A stretch of DNA of 64,000 bases from Thermodesulfobacteriota bacterium (GCA_963675595.2 CAXXLZ010000002.1:2720001-2784000); one strand, 5' to 3'; positions 9,529 through 20,256 are shown, counted from the stretch's first letter. The notes: generated from the sequence alone by a model not told the origin. A program made the numbers and translations.

Positions 9529-10104
9529 ATGGCTACACTTAAGGGGAGTCTCACGGAAAAGAACCTTCTCACCGCTTTTGCCGGTGAGTCTCAGGCACGA
9601 AACCGCTACACCTACTTTTCGAGCCAAGCGAGAAAGGAAGGCCTTGTCCAAATCGCCATGATTTTTGAAGAAACGGCCAACCAGGAGAAAGAACACGCCA
9701 AGAGGTTTTTCAGTCACCTTCAGGGGGGTGAGGTCGAGGTACAGGCCGGTTTTCCCGCCGGTGTAGTCGGTTCCACAGGGAACAATCTAAGAGCCGCGGC
9801 GGAAGGCGAACATTACGAATGGACCGAAATGTACCCCAACTTCGCCAAGATCGCTCATGAAGAGGGTTTCGAGCCCGTGGCCAAGATGTTCGAGTATATT
9901 TCCGTAGCCGAAAAACAGCATGAGAAGAGATATCTCGACTTATTGTCCAACGTGGAAAGCGGAAGAGTCTTCAAACGAAGTGAACCCGTTGTCTGGCGGT
10001 GCATCAATTGCGGCTATCTCCATGAAGGCCCGGAAGCACCCGCTACGTGTCCCGCTTGCGCCCATCCCCAAGCGTATTACGAGCTACTGGGAGAAAACTG
10101 GTAG
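9529..10104 (+). CDS. rbr: rubrerythrin
   Basis: AFAGESQARNRYTYF, EKEHA, EGEHYE, EKQHE; C-terminal WRCINCGY...CPACAHP. Confidence 0.96.
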   Translation: MATLKGSLTEKNLLTAFAGESQARNRYTYFSSQARKEGLVQIAMIFEETANQEKEHAKRFFSHLQGGEVEVQAGFPAGVVGSTGNNLRAAAEGEHYEWTEMYPNFAKIAHEEGFEPVAKMFEYISVAEKQHEKRYLDLLSNVESGRVFKRSEPVVWRCINCGYLHEGPEAPATCPACAHPQAYYELLGENW

Positions 10105-10162
10105 AGTTCGATCAAGCGCGCAACGGCACCAAACCTAACAACGAATTGCATCGGGAGGCCAT

Positions 10163-10678
10163 ATGAAAGAGAGAACGGGTATCATTACCATGAAGGGAAA
10201 TCCTCTGACCCTGTTGGGGGACGAAATCAAGGTCGGCGAAGCTGCGCCGGATTTCGAATCCTTGAATACCGATTTGGCTCCGGTAAAGCTGTCGGACTTC
10301 CGAGGCAAGATCGTCGTGCTCTCGTCCGTTCCTTCCCTGGACACCCCGGTGTGCGATCTGGAAACCCGACGCTTCAACCAGGAAGCCGCCGACCTGAGTT
10401 CCGACGTTACGATAATCACCATCAGCATGGATCTTCCGTTCGCGCAGAAGCGCTGGTGCGGCGCTTCGGGCGTGGACAAGGTGCTTACGCTTTCGGACCA
10501 CAGGGACGCCCAATTCGGCACCCGATACGGGCTGCTGATTAAGGAGTTGAGACTGCTGGCCAGGAACGTTCTCGTCATTGATCGTGAGGGAGTGGTGCGT
10601 TATGCGCAACTAGTAAACGAGGTCACCCAAGAACCCGATTACGGCGCCGTCATCGGCGCGGTCAAAGCCCTCGGATAG
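10163..10678 (+). CDS. tpx: thiol peroxidase Tpx
   Basis: VPSLDTPVC, ISMDLPFAQKRWCG, LLAR, EPDY. Confidence 0.95.
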   Translation: MKERTGIITMKGNPLTLLGDEIKVGEAAPDFESLNTDLAPVKLSDFRGKIVVLSSVPSLDTPVCDLETRRFNQEAADLSSDVTIITISMDLPFAQKRWCGASGVDKVLTLSDHRDAQFGTRYGLLIKELRLLARNVLVIDREGVVRYAQLVNEVTQEPDYGAVIGAVKALG

Positions 10679-10959
10679 GTTTCCGAGGCGGAGGGCTCCC
10701 TTCAGACGAAGCGGTTCGGCGTGTCTTTGAGCCCGGATTGAGCTCGCCGTTCCCTTTGAGGAGCCGACACGCGAACCGGCCCGAGGAATACCGGTTCTCC
10801 GGCGGTCCCGCGAAGAGTGCGCTGAAGTGAGACTCTGCGATTTCGAAAAAAGGAGCCTTTGACCGGCCAAACCATATTTCGATCAGAATTCAGAGTCTCA
10901 GATCGCGTTTAGACAAGGACTACCGGGTAACAGCGCCCATTCTATTAAGGAGGTATTCA

Positions 10960-11337
10960 ATGCCCGAAAAACTGGAAATCTACAAGTGTGAAGTCTGTGG
11001 GAACATCGTCGAGGTCATCCATGCCGGAGGCGGCGAATTGGTCTGCTGCGAAAAGCCCATGAAGCTTTTCAAAGAAAACACCGTGGACGCCGCCAAGGAA
11101 AAACACGTCCCCGTGATCGAAAAGGTCGAGGGCGGGATCAAAGTCAAGGTGGGCAGCGTGGCACACCCCATGGAAGAAAAACATTACATCGAGTGGATCG
11201 AGGTGGTCGACAACAAGAACAACGCGTACCGCCATTTTCTGAATCCCGGGGACGCTCCCGAGGCATTCTTCTGCATCGACCCCGAGGGCGTTGTCGCGCG
11301 GGAATACTGTAACATGCACGGCCTTTGGAAAGGATAA
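10960..11337 (+). CDS. dfx: desulfoferrodoxin (superoxide reductase)
   Basis: YKCEVCGN...[28 protein letters not shown]. Confidence 0.96.
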   Translation: MPEKLEIYKCEVCGNIVEVIHAGGGELVCCEKPMKLFKENTVDAAKEKHVPVIEKVEGGIKVKVGSVAHPMEEKHYIEWIEVVDNKNNAYRHFLNPGDAPEAFFCIDPEGVVAREYCNMHGLWKG

Positions 11338-11342
11338 AACGC

Positions 11343-11858
11343 ATGATCAGCGACAAGATGCAGGGGGCGATCAACGAACAGATCAAGTGGGAGTTTTATT
11401 CCGCCTACCTCTATCTTTCCATGGCGGCCTATTTCAAAGACAAGAATCTGCCGGGTTTCGCCAACTGGATGATGGTGCAGGCACAGGAGGAAACTACTCA
11501 CGCCATGAAGTTCTACAACTTCCTTTGTGACCGAGGAGGCAAAGTGCAGCTTCAGGCGGTGGACGGCCCTCCGGTGGAATGGTCGAGCATTCCGGCCGTG
11601 TTCGAGGAAACACTGAATCACGAACGTCACGTAACCCAAAGAATCAACGGATTGATGGATCAGGCCATTTCCGAGAACGATCACGCCACGCGTATCTTTC
11701 TCCAGTGGTTTGTGACGGAACAGGTAGAAGAAGAGGCCTCCGTTGATGAGCTTCTAAAGAAATTGAAGCTCATGGGGGACGGGGGAAATGGTTTGTTCAT
11801 GCTGGATCGGGAACTGGCGGGGCGAGTATTCAATCCTCCCGCCCCCGCCGCCCAATGA
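11343..11858 (+). CDS. ftn: non-heme ferritin
   Basis: [39 protein letters not shown]. Confidence 0.95.
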   Translation: MISDKMQGAINEQIKWEFYSAYLYLSMAAYFKDKNLPGFANWMMVQAQEETTHAMKFYNFLCDRGGKVQLQAVDGPPVEWSSIPAVFEETLNHERHVTQRINGLMDQAISENDHATRIFLQWFVTEQVEEEASVDELLKKLKLMGDGGNGLFMLDRELAGRVFNPPAPAAQ

Positions 11859-11864
11859 CCTCGG

Positions 11865-11891
11865 GGGGAAGGGCCGCCGCGGCCTTTCCCC
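11865..11891 (+). terminator. GC-rich hairpin between ferritin and rubredoxin-like gene
   Basis: GGGGAAGGGCCGC...GGCCTTTCCCC stem. The U tract is weak, so it may be an mRNA-stability hairpin. Confidence 0.4.
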
Positions 11892-11932
11892 TTCATTTCA
11901 AGCGACTCGATGCTTGGGATATGGAGAATGCA

Positions 11933-12145
11933 ATGGCCGAGCCGGAAGAGATGTATCAATGTCAGACGGTGAATTGCGGGTTCATCTACGACCCCGACAA
12001 AGGGGTTCGAAAGACCAAGATTCCCAAGGGGACTCGTTTCCAGGACCTGCCCGATGATGAAAAGATCTGCCCTGTCTGTGGCGCGAGCAAGAAGGCGTTC
12101 CGTCCGTTGGCCGGACCAGGTTCCGTAAAGGAACAAGATCGATAG
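11933..12145 (+). CDS. rubredoxin-like protein (CxxxxC...CxxC type)
   Basis: [17 protein letters not shown]...FQDLPDD..CPVCGA; RBS GGAG before ATG 11933. Confidence 0.9.
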   Translation: MAEPEEMYQCQTVNCGFIYDPDKGVRKTKIPKGTRFQDLPDDEKICPVCGASKKAFRPLAGPGSVKEQDR

Positions 12146-12165
12146 ACTGAAAAGAGCTCTGCGAA

Positions 12166-13815
12166 ATGTTCAAATCCGTTCTTGTCTGTTTCCTGGTTTT
12201 GGTCGGCTCGGCTATTGCCTCCGCCACGGAGCCCGTGGTCGGCGCGGACACGGACCAATGCCTCTCCTGCCATCTATCGGCCACGCCCGGAATCGTTTCG
12301 GACTGGAAAAAGAGCCGACATGCGCGGGTTTCTCCTTCCGAAGTCCGGAGACGGTCCAGGATCGAGAAAAGGGTCTCCGCCGTCACCTTTCCGGAGGAGG
12401 TGCTGGACACGGTTGTCGGGTGCGCCGAATGCCATACGCTCAACCGTGAGTCGCACCCCGACACGTTCGACCATAACGGTTTTCTCATTCATACCGTGGT
12501 ATCACCCAAAGATTGCGCCGTATGCCACCCCGTTGAGGAGTATCAATACGGATTCAATCTCATGGCGCACGCCTACGGAAACCTGATGAACAATCCTGTC
12601 TATCGGCATCTCGCCCACTCCATCAACGCCGAGGTGGAGCCGGCGCCCGATGAAGGCAAGACCCTGCTCAAACCCGAAGACCCTTTGACCAACGAGGACT
12701 CTTGTCTCGTATGCCACGGCACCGTGGTCAAAATGACCGGTCTGAGGACCGTGAACACGATACAGGGCGAGATGGACTTGCCGGTGTTGGAGGGATGGCC
12801 CAACCTGGGAACGGGAAGGATCAATCCCGACGGAAGCAAAGGAGCCTGTACCCCCTGCCATTCGAGACACCAGTTTTCCATCGAGCTCGCGAGAAAGCCT
12901 TACGCCTGCGCCAAATGTCACATCGGTCCCGATGTTCCCGTCTACAAAGTCTATTTCGCAAGCAAACACGGCAACGTGTTCGACGCTTTGGAACATAAAT
13001 GGGATTTCGATGCGGTGCCCTGGACCGTGGGTCGCGATTTCAACGCCCCCACCTGCTCGGTTTGCCACGTGAGTCTGCTGGTGAACGACGACGGAGAAGT
13101 ACTGGCCGAGCGGACTCATCAGATGAACGACCGCAAAGCCTGGCGGCTTTTCGGCCTGATTTACGCTCATCCCGAGCCCAAGTCTCCGGATACCACGGTG
13201 ATCAGAAACTCGGCGGACCTGCCTTTGCCCACGGACTTTTCAGGAGAACCCGCCTCGACTTATCTGATCTCCAAGGAGGAACAGGAAGCGCGCCGGGACC
13301 GAATGCAGCGGGTGTGCTTGGGCTGCCACGGCACCACATGGGTTTCAGGCCATTTCAAAAGACTGGACCACACCCTGGATACTACGAATGCCATGACCCT
13401 CGCGTCGACCAAAATCATGGAAAAGGCCTGGGCCGAAGGCCTTGTTTCCGGACCTGCTCGTGGGGACGGTCTTTTCAACGAGGGAATGGAGAAAAAGTGG
13501 ATGGAGCAATGGCTCTTCTACGCCAACTCCACGCGTTTCGCCTCGGCGATGATGGGAGCTGATTACGGGGTGTTCGCCGATGGCCGCTGGTCCATGAGTA
13601 AAAATGTACAGGAACTTGTCGACCAATTACGACTGAAGTCGGCTTTAGCGGCCTCTGCTCGAAAAGACGCAAAACGGGCCGCCGAACAGAGTGTGGAGGC
13701 GGCCGTTTCCCGGGATACCGAGGAAACGACGGCATCCGAATCCGGCAACAAGAAAGCCTCGGAAACGGAAGATGCCGCGGCCACGGAGAACAACACTCAG
13801 AGGAGGAAGAAGTAG
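12166..13815 (+). CDS. octaheme cytochrome c, hydroxylamine oxidoreductase-like
   Basis: Signal peptide and 8 CxxCH motifs (CLSCH, CAECH, CAVCH, CLVCH, CTPCH, CAKCH, CSVCH, CLGCH); GRINPDGSKGAC..CHSRH, SKHG, APTC and MMGADY motifs. Confidence 0.88.
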   Translation: MFKSVLVCFLVLVGSAIASATEPVVGADTDQCLSCHLSATPGIVSDWKKSRHARVSPSEVRRRSRIEKRVSAVTFPEEVLDTVVGCAECHTLNRESHPDTFDHNGFLIHTVVSPKDCAVCHPVEEYQYGFNLMAHAYGNLMNNPVYRHLAHSINAEVEPAPDEGKTLLKPEDPLTNEDSCLVCHGTVVKMTGLRTVNTIQGEMDLPVLEGWPNLGTGRINPDGSKGACTPCHSRHQFSIELARKPYACAKCHIGPDVPVYKVYFASKHGNVFDALEHKWDFDAVPWTVGRDFNAPTCSVCHVSLLVNDDGEVLAERTHQMNDRKAWRLFGLIYAHPEPKSPDTTVIRNSADLPLPTDFSGEPASTYLISKEEQEARRDRMQRVCLGCHGTTWVSGHFKRLDHTLDTTNAMTLASTKIMEKAWAEGLVSGPARGDGLFNEGMEKKWMEQWLFYANSTRFASAMMGADYGVFADGRWSMSKNVQELVDQLRLKSALAASARKDAKRAAEQSVEAAVSRDTEETTASESGNKKASETEDAAATENNTQRRKK

Positions 13816-13982
13816 TGGAAGAAAACAGCTGGAAGTGCACGAAATGCGGGTACACCTTGAAGGCCCTTCAGCCGCCTGAGGAATGCCCGGACTGCAAGGA
13901 AAAATGCGAGTTTGTGAACATCACCTGCTACGTCCCCGACTGTGGACAAACCGGCAGCGATCCGCGCCTCGGAAACAGCTGA
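13815..13982 (+). CDS. small rubredoxin-like protein (55 aa, absent from ORF track)
   Basis: GTG overlaps the upstream TAG, RBS AGGAGG at 13801; MEENSWKCTKCGYTLKALQPPEECPDCKEKCEFVNITCYVPDCGQTGSDPRLGNS. Confidence 0.8.
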   Translation: MEENSWKCTKCGYTLKALQPPEECPDCKEKCEFVNITCYVPDCGQTGSDPRLGNS

Positions 13983-14123
13983 TCCTTGTCGACTCTTTTC
14001 TCAACCGGAGATACCGACGCGGATTCGGAATCCGAACGTCGGGTTGGAGGACCCGGAGTGCCCGTACATTTGGGTAGGCCGGCAGACGTTGAACCGACCA
14101 TGCCGTTAACCGGGAGACCGTAG

Positions 14124-14306
14124 ATGGACAAAATCAAATACCGAGTCAGGGCGGAATGTCCCGCATGTGCTTGCGGGGATGTCAGTTTTCTGGGTCCGGA
14201 GAAGCTCCGGGAGAAATTCATAGGCAAAGAAGAAGAAATCGAAGTTCTTTGTCCCATGTGCGGACACAAACACAAAGCCAAGGTGGAGGAGGACCGCTCC
14301 TCCTGA
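14124..14306 (+). CDS. small zinc-ribbon-like protein (paralog of 23787-23984)
   Basis: KYRVRAECPACACGD...EVLCPMCGHKHKAKV; RBS GGGAG. Confidence 0.75.
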   Translation: MDKIKYRVRAECPACACGDVSFLGPEKLREKFIGKEEEIEVLCPMCGHKHKAKVEEDRSS

Positions 14307-14399
14307 CGAAATTCGTTCCGACGGGTCCGACAAGCCTCGGCGGTCCGTCCGCCGGAGCCGGTGGGTCCGAAATTCAACCTTATCATGGAGACTCTCCCC

Positions 14400-14849
14400 A
14401 TGTCTAAAGGGCTTATCGTCTATGTCGGCAGGACCGGGGAAACCGAAGCCATCGCCAATCTCATTGCCGAGGGCATGCGCATTTCCGGAGTGGAAACCGA
14501 AGTGCTCGACGGTACAAAGATCAAGAACGAATCGACATTTCAGGGTTATGACGCCGTCGTTTTGGGCTCACCGACCTACCATGGAGAAATGTTGCAGCCG
14601 ATGAAAACGCTTCTCTTTCTCGCGGAAAAAGCGGCACTCGAAGGCAAGGTGGGTGGAGCCTTCGGAGCGTTCGGTTGGAGTGGCGAAGCATCGCAGCGTA
14701 TCTACGACACAATGAATCACATTCTGAAGATGGAGATGGTTGGAAGCCCCTTGATGCTGAAATCCGCGGCACTCCAGGGCGGCATCCAAATGGCGCAGGA
14801 CTACGGTCGACAAATCGCCAAGGTGCTTTCGGCGAAGGCGTCGGCATAA
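14400..14849 (+). CDS. flavodoxin-domain protein
   Basis: IVYVGRTGETEAIA, LGSPTYHG, GAFGAFGWSGEA. Confidence 0.9.
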   Translation: MSKGLIVYVGRTGETEAIANLIAEGMRISGVETEVLDGTKIKNESTFQGYDAVVLGSPTYHGEMLQPMKTLLFLAEKAALEGKVGGAFGAFGWSGEASQRIYDTMNHILKMEMVGSPLMLKSAALQGGIQMAQDYGRQIAKVLSAKASA

Positions 14850-14890
14850 ACACGATGGTTGCGTGAACACTTCACAGAGGAGGTAGTGCT

Positions 14891-15079
14891 ATGACTACGC
14901 CCCAACATTGTCCGGGTTTCGAACAGGTCAAGCAATTGAAATCATTCATCTGCAAATGCCCCAGTTGCGGACAGGAAAAGGAAATCTTCTCCGACGAGTT
15001 CGACAAGAGTCACACCTGTAAGAAGTGCGGGAAGCCCATCGATTTCACCCAATGCACTCTGGATGCGCAGGCGGGCTGA
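14891..15079 (+). CDS. small Cys-rich zinc-ribbon protein
   Basis: Strong RBS GAGGAGG; HCPG...CKCPSCG.EKEIFSDE...CKKCG...C. Confidence 0.78.
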   Translation: MTTPQHCPGFEQVKQLKSFICKCPSCGQEKEIFSDEFDKSHTCKKCGKPIDFTQCTLDAQAG

Positions 15080-15129
15080 GCCGCTCCTCACTAAGCGACG
15101 AGTGACCAAGGATAAAAAAGGAGACTTAG

Positions 15130-15288
15130 ATGGAAAAGTGGGTATGCGGGATCTGCGGGTATGTCTACGATCCGGAAGCCGGTGACCCCGCCAACGGAGC
15201 ACCTCCCGGGACCAAGTTCGAGGACCTGCCCGACGACTGGACCTGTCCCGTTTGCGGAGCAACGAAAGACCAGTTCGAGAAGCAATAG
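15130..15288 (+). CDS. rub: rubredoxin (52 aa, absent from ORF track)
   Basis: [52 protein letters not shown]; RBS AAGGAG. Confidence 0.95.
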   Translation: MEKWVCGICGYVYDPEAGDPANGAPPGTKFEDLPDDWTCPVCGATKDQFEKQ

Positions 15289-15621
15289 AATACATTGCTC
15301 GGGTCGCGGTTTTCACCTTCCTCTGCAAACCCGGTGAAAGCCGCACCATTCGCGTTCTCCCCCTCTTTGGAGGGGGAGACACCCTCCGTACCGACCCTCG
15401 GAATCCGTTCGTGCGCCGTGAGCTGCGCGTCCGATGAATTCTCTTAGGGGGGGCGGCATGTTCGGTGAGACTCAAGCCCGTCGGCCTTTGGAACGAAGGT
15501 AGGCTCGAGACGGCTGATTCTCCCTTGATGTACGTGCCCCGAGTGCGGACCGCTTTCTCGACTCGATTCAGGCGCACACCACTCCAACGGCCCCGGGTTG
15601 CCCATCCTCACAGGAGCGCTC

Positions 15622-17700
15622 ATGTCATTCAACTCGGTCCAACATAAACCGAACCGACTTGCCGGTGAAAAAAGTCCGTACCTGCTTCAGCACGCCGACA
15701 ATCCCGTAGATTGGTATCCATGGGGTCAAGAAGCATTCGACAAAGCCGCTTCGGAAAACAAGCCCGTCTTTCTATCCATCGGATACGCCACTTGCCACTG
15801 GTGCCACGTCATGGCTCACGAATCTTTCGAAGACTCTCAAGTGGCCGGGCTGCTCAACGAGTTTTTCGTTTCCGTGAAGGTGGACCGGGAGGAGCGTCCC
15901 GACGTCGATCAGTTATACATGACCGTGTGTCAGGCCCTGACCCAGAGAGGGGGTTGGCCCCTTTCCATTTTCCTCTCTCCGGACGGAAAGCCTTTTTTTG
16001 CCGGCACCTATTTCCCCAAGACGGCTCGCATGGGCATGCCGGGATTTGTGGACGTCCTCAACCAACTTGCTCGGCTGTGGAAGGAGGACCGGGGACGCAT
16101 CGAGGGAATTGGAGAGGACATCACCAAAGCCGTCCGCGCCCACGCCCTGAGGCGTTCGGAAGAGAGAACTCTTGGAGAGGAGACGCTGCAGAAAGCCTAT
16201 TCCTCTCTCGCTCGAGCCTTTGATCCAAAATTCGGGGGCTTCGGCTCCGCACCCAAGTTTCCCTCGCCGCATCAATTGACCTTCCTCATGCGTCGACACG
16301 CTCGAACGCGTGAGGATCTTGCCGCGAAGATGGTCATTGAAACGCTCGATTCCATGCGTGCCGGCGGGATATTCGACCACTTGGGTTTCGGTTTCCATCG
16401 CTACTCCGTGGATGAGCGGTGGCTGGTGCCCCATTTCGAGAAGATGCTCTACGACCAAGCGATGTTGGCCCTGGCCTATACCGAGTCTTTTCTCCTGTTC
16501 GGTAAGGAACGACATCGTAAGACCGCCGAAGAGATATTCGAATACGTACTTCGGGACATGACTTCCCCCGAAGGGGGCTTCTATTCCGCCGAAGACGCGG
16601 ATAGTGAAGGCAAAGAAGGGGTATTTTACGTCTGGAAACCGGATCAGGTGCTCGAGTCTCTCGGCGAGGAAGACGGTGAACTTTTCTGCCGTTTTTACGA
16701 CATCGGGGCCCAGGGCAACTTCGAAGAAGGTTTCAGCATACCCCATATTTCCCGTGATCTCGAAACGTTTGCTCACGTCGAAAACAGGGCCCTCTCAGAA
16801 CTCGAGGAGATTCTGGAACGCTGTCGAGGCAAGTTGTTCCGTACCCGGGAAAAGCGTGAGCACCCCCTGAAGGACGACAAGATCATCTCTTCCTGGAACG
16901 GTTTGATGGTGGCGGCTCTCGCTTGTGGAGCCCGGGCGTTCGACAATCCTCATTACGCGAAGGCGGCTTGCAGAGCGGCGGACTTCATTCTTGACCGTCT
17001 GTCGACTCCCGAGGGGAGGCTGTTTCGAAGATTCCGCGACGGGGAGCCGGCCCATGCCGGCTTTGTCGACGATTATGCGTTCATGGTTTGGGGACTTATC
17101 GAGCTTTATGAAGCAGGCTTCGACATTCGATACCTCGAAGAAGCGGTCAGGCTGAACGACCTGATGCTTGGTTTGTTTCGGGACGATTCCTCGGGAGGGC
17201 TCTTCTACTCAGGCAAGGACAACGAGGTACTGGTAGCACAGACCAAGGAACTGCATGACGGAGCGATTCCATCGGCTAATTCGGTGGCCGTTTTGAACTT
17301 GATGCGACTCGGTCGGCTTACCGGCAACGCGGAATGGGAAGCGGAAGCCGAACGGATGTTCCAAGCCTTCTCCGGAGAATTGGCGGAAGCACCCATGGCC
17401 TACACCTTTTTTATGTGTGCGCTGGACTTCAGAATAGGGCCGGTTCGTGAAATCGTCATTGCAGGCGATCCCGATACGGAAGGCGTGCGGGAATTGGCCC
17501 GAGCCGTTCGGCGTCGCTTCATGCCCAACAAGGCGCTCCTCCTCCGGCCGGATGGTCCCGCGGCGGAGAAAGTCACGGCTCTGGCCCCTTATGCGGAAAA
17601 CATGACGTCTTTGGATGGCCGTCCCACGGCCTATGTATGTGAACAATATGCCTGTCGCGCCCCGGTTCGAAACGTCGACGACCTGGAAGCGCTGCTCTGA
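15622..17700 (+). CDS. thioredoxin domain-containing protein, YyaL/SSP411 family
   Basis: [59 protein letters not shown]. Confidence 0.93.
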   Translation: MSFNSVQHKPNRLAGEKSPYLLQHADNPVDWYPWGQEAFDKAASENKPVFLSIGYATCHWCHVMAHESFEDSQVAGLLNEFFVSVKVDREERPDVDQLYMTVCQALTQRGGWPLSIFLSPDGKPFFAGTYFPKTARMGMPGFVDVLNQLARLWKEDRGRIEGIGEDITKAVRAHALRRSEERTLGEETLQKAYSSLARAFDPKFGGFGSAPKFPSPHQLTFLMRRHARTREDLAAKMVIETLDSMRAGGIFDHLGFGFHRYSVDERWLVPHFEKMLYDQAMLALAYTESFLLFGKERHRKTAEEIFEYVLRDMTSPEGGFYSAEDADSEGKEGVFYVWKPDQVLESLGEEDGELFCRFYDIGAQGNFEEGFSIPHISRDLETFAHVENRALSELEEILERCRGKLFRTREKREHPLKDDKIISSWNGLMVAALACGARAFDNPHYAKAACRAADFILDRLSTPEGRLFRRFRDGEPAHAGFVDDYAFMVWGLIELYEAGFDIRYLEEAVRLNDLMLGLFRDDSSGGLFYSGKDNEVLVAQTKELHDGAIPSANSVAVLNLMRLGRLTGNAEWEAEAERMFQAFSGELAEAPMAYTFFMCALDFRIGPVREIVIAGDPDTEGVRELARAVRRRFMPNKALLLRPDGPAAEKVTALAPYAENMTSLDGRPTAYVCEQYACRAPVRNVDDLEALL

Positions 17701-17806
17701 AGACCCTGTGGAGAATCCGGAGCCCCCTCCCCCCACGGACCGCGGCCGCCGGCATCATTCCCAAAGACGGAAAAATGGTTACTCTCTACCTAGGGAGGTA
17801 AAAGCC

Positions 17807-18325
17807 ATGTATAGTGAAAAGGTGATGGATCATTTCCGTACACCCCGTAACGTGGGCGAAATGAAGGATGCCGACGCCAAGGGAGAAGTGGGAAATCCCA
17901 TATGTGGGGATATGATGACCATTTATCTGAAGATTGAAGAGGACGTCATCAAGGATATCAGCTTTCTCACTTTCGGGTGCGGAGCTGCCATCGCGGTTTC
18001 AAGCATGATTACCGAGATGGCGAAGGGAAAGACCCTCGAAGAAGCGAAAAAGATTACCAACCGGTCCGTGGCCGAGGCATTGGAAGGCTTGCCGAAAAAT
18101 AAGCTACATTGCTCGAATTTGGGCGCCGATGCGCTGCATATGGCCATTAAGGCTTATGAAGACAAGAAAGCCGGCAGGGAACCCATGGTGCCGTTGCGGA
18201 TGGAAAAACATGTCCACCAGGACAAGGAAGCGGAAAAGTGCCAATGCCCTTATTGTGACGCGGATCTGAGCAAAGGACTGGTGGTCTGCACGAACTGCGG
18301 CCGAGAGGTCGATCATCACGAATGA
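17807..18325 (+). CDS. iscU: IscU/NifU-type Fe-S scaffold with C-terminal zinc ribbon
   Basis: YSEKVMDHF..PRNVG, NPICGD, TFGCGAAIA, KLHCSNL; tail CPYC...CTNCG. Confidence 0.92.
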   Translation: MYSEKVMDHFRTPRNVGEMKDADAKGEVGNPICGDMMTIYLKIEEDVIKDISFLTFGCGAAIAVSSMITEMAKGKTLEEAKKITNRSVAEALEGLPKNKLHCSNLGADALHMAIKAYEDKKAGREPMVPLRMEKHVHQDKEAEKCQCPYCDADLSKGLVVCTNCGREVDHHE

Positions 18326-18343
18326 CCCGGGGGGGTGGTAAAT

Positions 18344-19513
18344 ATGGAATTTCTGAACTTGGACCAGATATCCGCGAATCCGCTCCTGCCCGAAGTGCAA
18401 GACGCCATGATCGAGGCCGTCCGTCGCAACTACGGTAACCCTTCAAGCCCCCACAGATTGGGGGACGAAGCGAATGACGCCTTGAGCCTGGCTAGAAGTC
18501 GGGTGGCGTGCTTGGTCAACAGCGCTCTTCCCAAGGAAGTGGTTTTCACGTCGGGAGGCACGGAGTCGGTCAACCATGCCATCAAAGGTGTGGCCGCCGC
18601 CAACTGGGAGAAGGGCAGGCACATCGTCACTTCCAACATCGAGCACAATGCCGTCCTGAGAAGCCTCAGGACCTTGAAAATGTTCGACTACAAAGTGACG
18701 TCGGTACCTGTGGACGAATATGGACGAGTGAACCCGGATGACGTCGCCAAAGCCGTCAGGGATGACACGATCCTGGTCACCATCATGCACAGTAACAATG
18801 AGATCGGCACGATCCAGCCGATCAAAGAGATCGCCGCCGTCACCAAAAAAAAGAAGGTTATTTTTCACTCCGATGCCGTCACTTCCGTGGGGGTGGTTCC
18901 CGTGGACGTGCAGGAGTTGGGAGTGGACCTTCTCAGTTTTTCCGCCAATCAGTTTTACGGCCCGGGGGGCGTGGGCGGACTTTACATTAAGAGAGGCACG
19001 AGGATCTGGCCTCTGCTGGATGGAGGCGTTCAGGAGAACAACAAGCGGGCCGGTACGGAAAACCTCATCGGCATCGTCGGCATGGGTGTCGCGGCCGACG
19101 CGGCCGTCGGAGACATGAAGTCCAGGATGGAGCATTCATTGAAGTTGAAGAAGAGGCTTCTCAATGCCTTGAATGATCATCTTACGGATTTCATTATCAA
19201 CGGTCATCCCGAGCAGGCGCTGCCCAACCTGGTGTCCGTATCCGTCAAGTATATCGAAGGAGAGAGTATCTGCCTGATGCTGGATGAGGAAGGCATTGGG
19301 GTGTCCACTCGTTCCGCATGCGCGGCCGGAGCTTTGCAGGCTTCCCACGTATTGCTTTCCATCGGCAGAGACTTTGCCGATGCTCAGGGAACCCTGGTGA
19401 TCACCTTCGGAGTCCACACCAAGGAACAAGACATCGATCGTCTGGCATCCACTTTGAAAACCGTGGTGGAGAATCTTCGGGCCATGTCGCCGCTTTATGC
19501 GAAAGCACAGTAG
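18344..19513 (+). CDS. iscS: cysteine desulfurase family protein (IscS-like), PLP lysine replaced
   Basis: GNPSS, FTSGGTES, IEHNAV, NNEIGT, FHSDAV, RAGTEN and STRSAC are present, but SANQFYGP replaces SxHKxYGP. Confidence 0.88.
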   Translation: MEFLNLDQISANPLLPEVQDAMIEAVRRNYGNPSSPHRLGDEANDALSLARSRVACLVNSALPKEVVFTSGGTESVNHAIKGVAAANWEKGRHIVTSNIEHNAVLRSLRTLKMFDYKVTSVPVDEYGRVNPDDVAKAVRDDTILVTIMHSNNEIGTIQPIKEIAAVTKKKKVIFHSDAVTSVGVVPVDVQELGVDLLSFSANQFYGPGGVGGLYIKRGTRIWPLLDGGVQENNKRAGTENLIGIVGMGVAADAAVGDMKSRMEHSLKLKKRLLNALNDHLTDFIINGHPEQALPNLVSVSVKYIEGESICLMLDEEGIGVSTRSACAAGALQASHVLLSIGRDFADAQGTLVITFGVHTKEQDIDRLASTLKTVVENLRAMSPLYAKAQ

Positions 19514-19666
19514 GCCCGACGATCGGGTTCCAAACGGTTCACGCCCATCCGAGGCTTCCGTCGACGAAAACCGCGGATGGCACATTTTGAGGCTTCTTGG
19601 GGAGCACGCTCCACGCAAAGCCGAGGGGCATTCCGAAGGATATGTCCGAACGGAGGAAAGAACGCC

Positions 19667-20179
19667 ATGGCATCGAAAGAACAATTGATCAAAGTCTACG
19701 AGTACGCACTGAACCAGGAGCAAACGGGCATGAGCTTCTTCAAGGCCTCACTTGCGCGCATGGGGATAGGCGCGGCGGTGGAGGCTTTTCATAAGCTCAT
19801 CAAAGAGGAGGAGCGGCACATCGCTTTCATTGAAGGCATTCTGAAAAACCTCCGCGAAGAAGGGGAAGTGGCTGTACCGGTTATCGAGAATTCCTTGAAG
19901 CTTGAGGAAACCGACTTCTTTGATCAAAGAGCGGAGGCGGAATTCCTGCAACAATGCGTGGAAGGCTCAATGATTCCCGATGTCACCGTGTTTAATACCG
20001 CATGGTTGATAGAAAAGGATTTGAGCGAGTTTTATGCTTCCATGGCCGCCGCGACCCAAGGAACCGTGAGAGAATCCTTCGAAATGCTCTCACGGTGGGA
20101 GCATGCCCACGAGGTTTTTTTTAAGAAGTTTCGAGACAAGCTGAGTGAGGAATATGCGCACATGCCATGGGGAGGATGA
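19667..20179 (+). CDS. ferritin-like/rubrerythrin-family diiron protein
   Basis: EEERH and WEHAH ExxH pairs; RBS GGAGG. Confidence 0.8.
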   Translation: MASKEQLIKVYEYALNQEQTGMSFFKASLARMGIGAAVEAFHKLIKEEERHIAFIEGILKNLREEGEVAVPVIENSLKLEETDFFDQRAEAEFLQQCVEGSMIPDVTVFNTAWLIEKDLSEFYASMAAATQGTVRESFEMLSRWEHAHEVFFKKFRDKLSEEYAHMPWGG

Positions 20180-20256
20180 GAGTAAACGTGAATCAAGAGG
20201 AGACGAGGCTATAGAGCCGAGAGCTCCGATGCTGATAAAGGTAAGGAGAGTATGTA

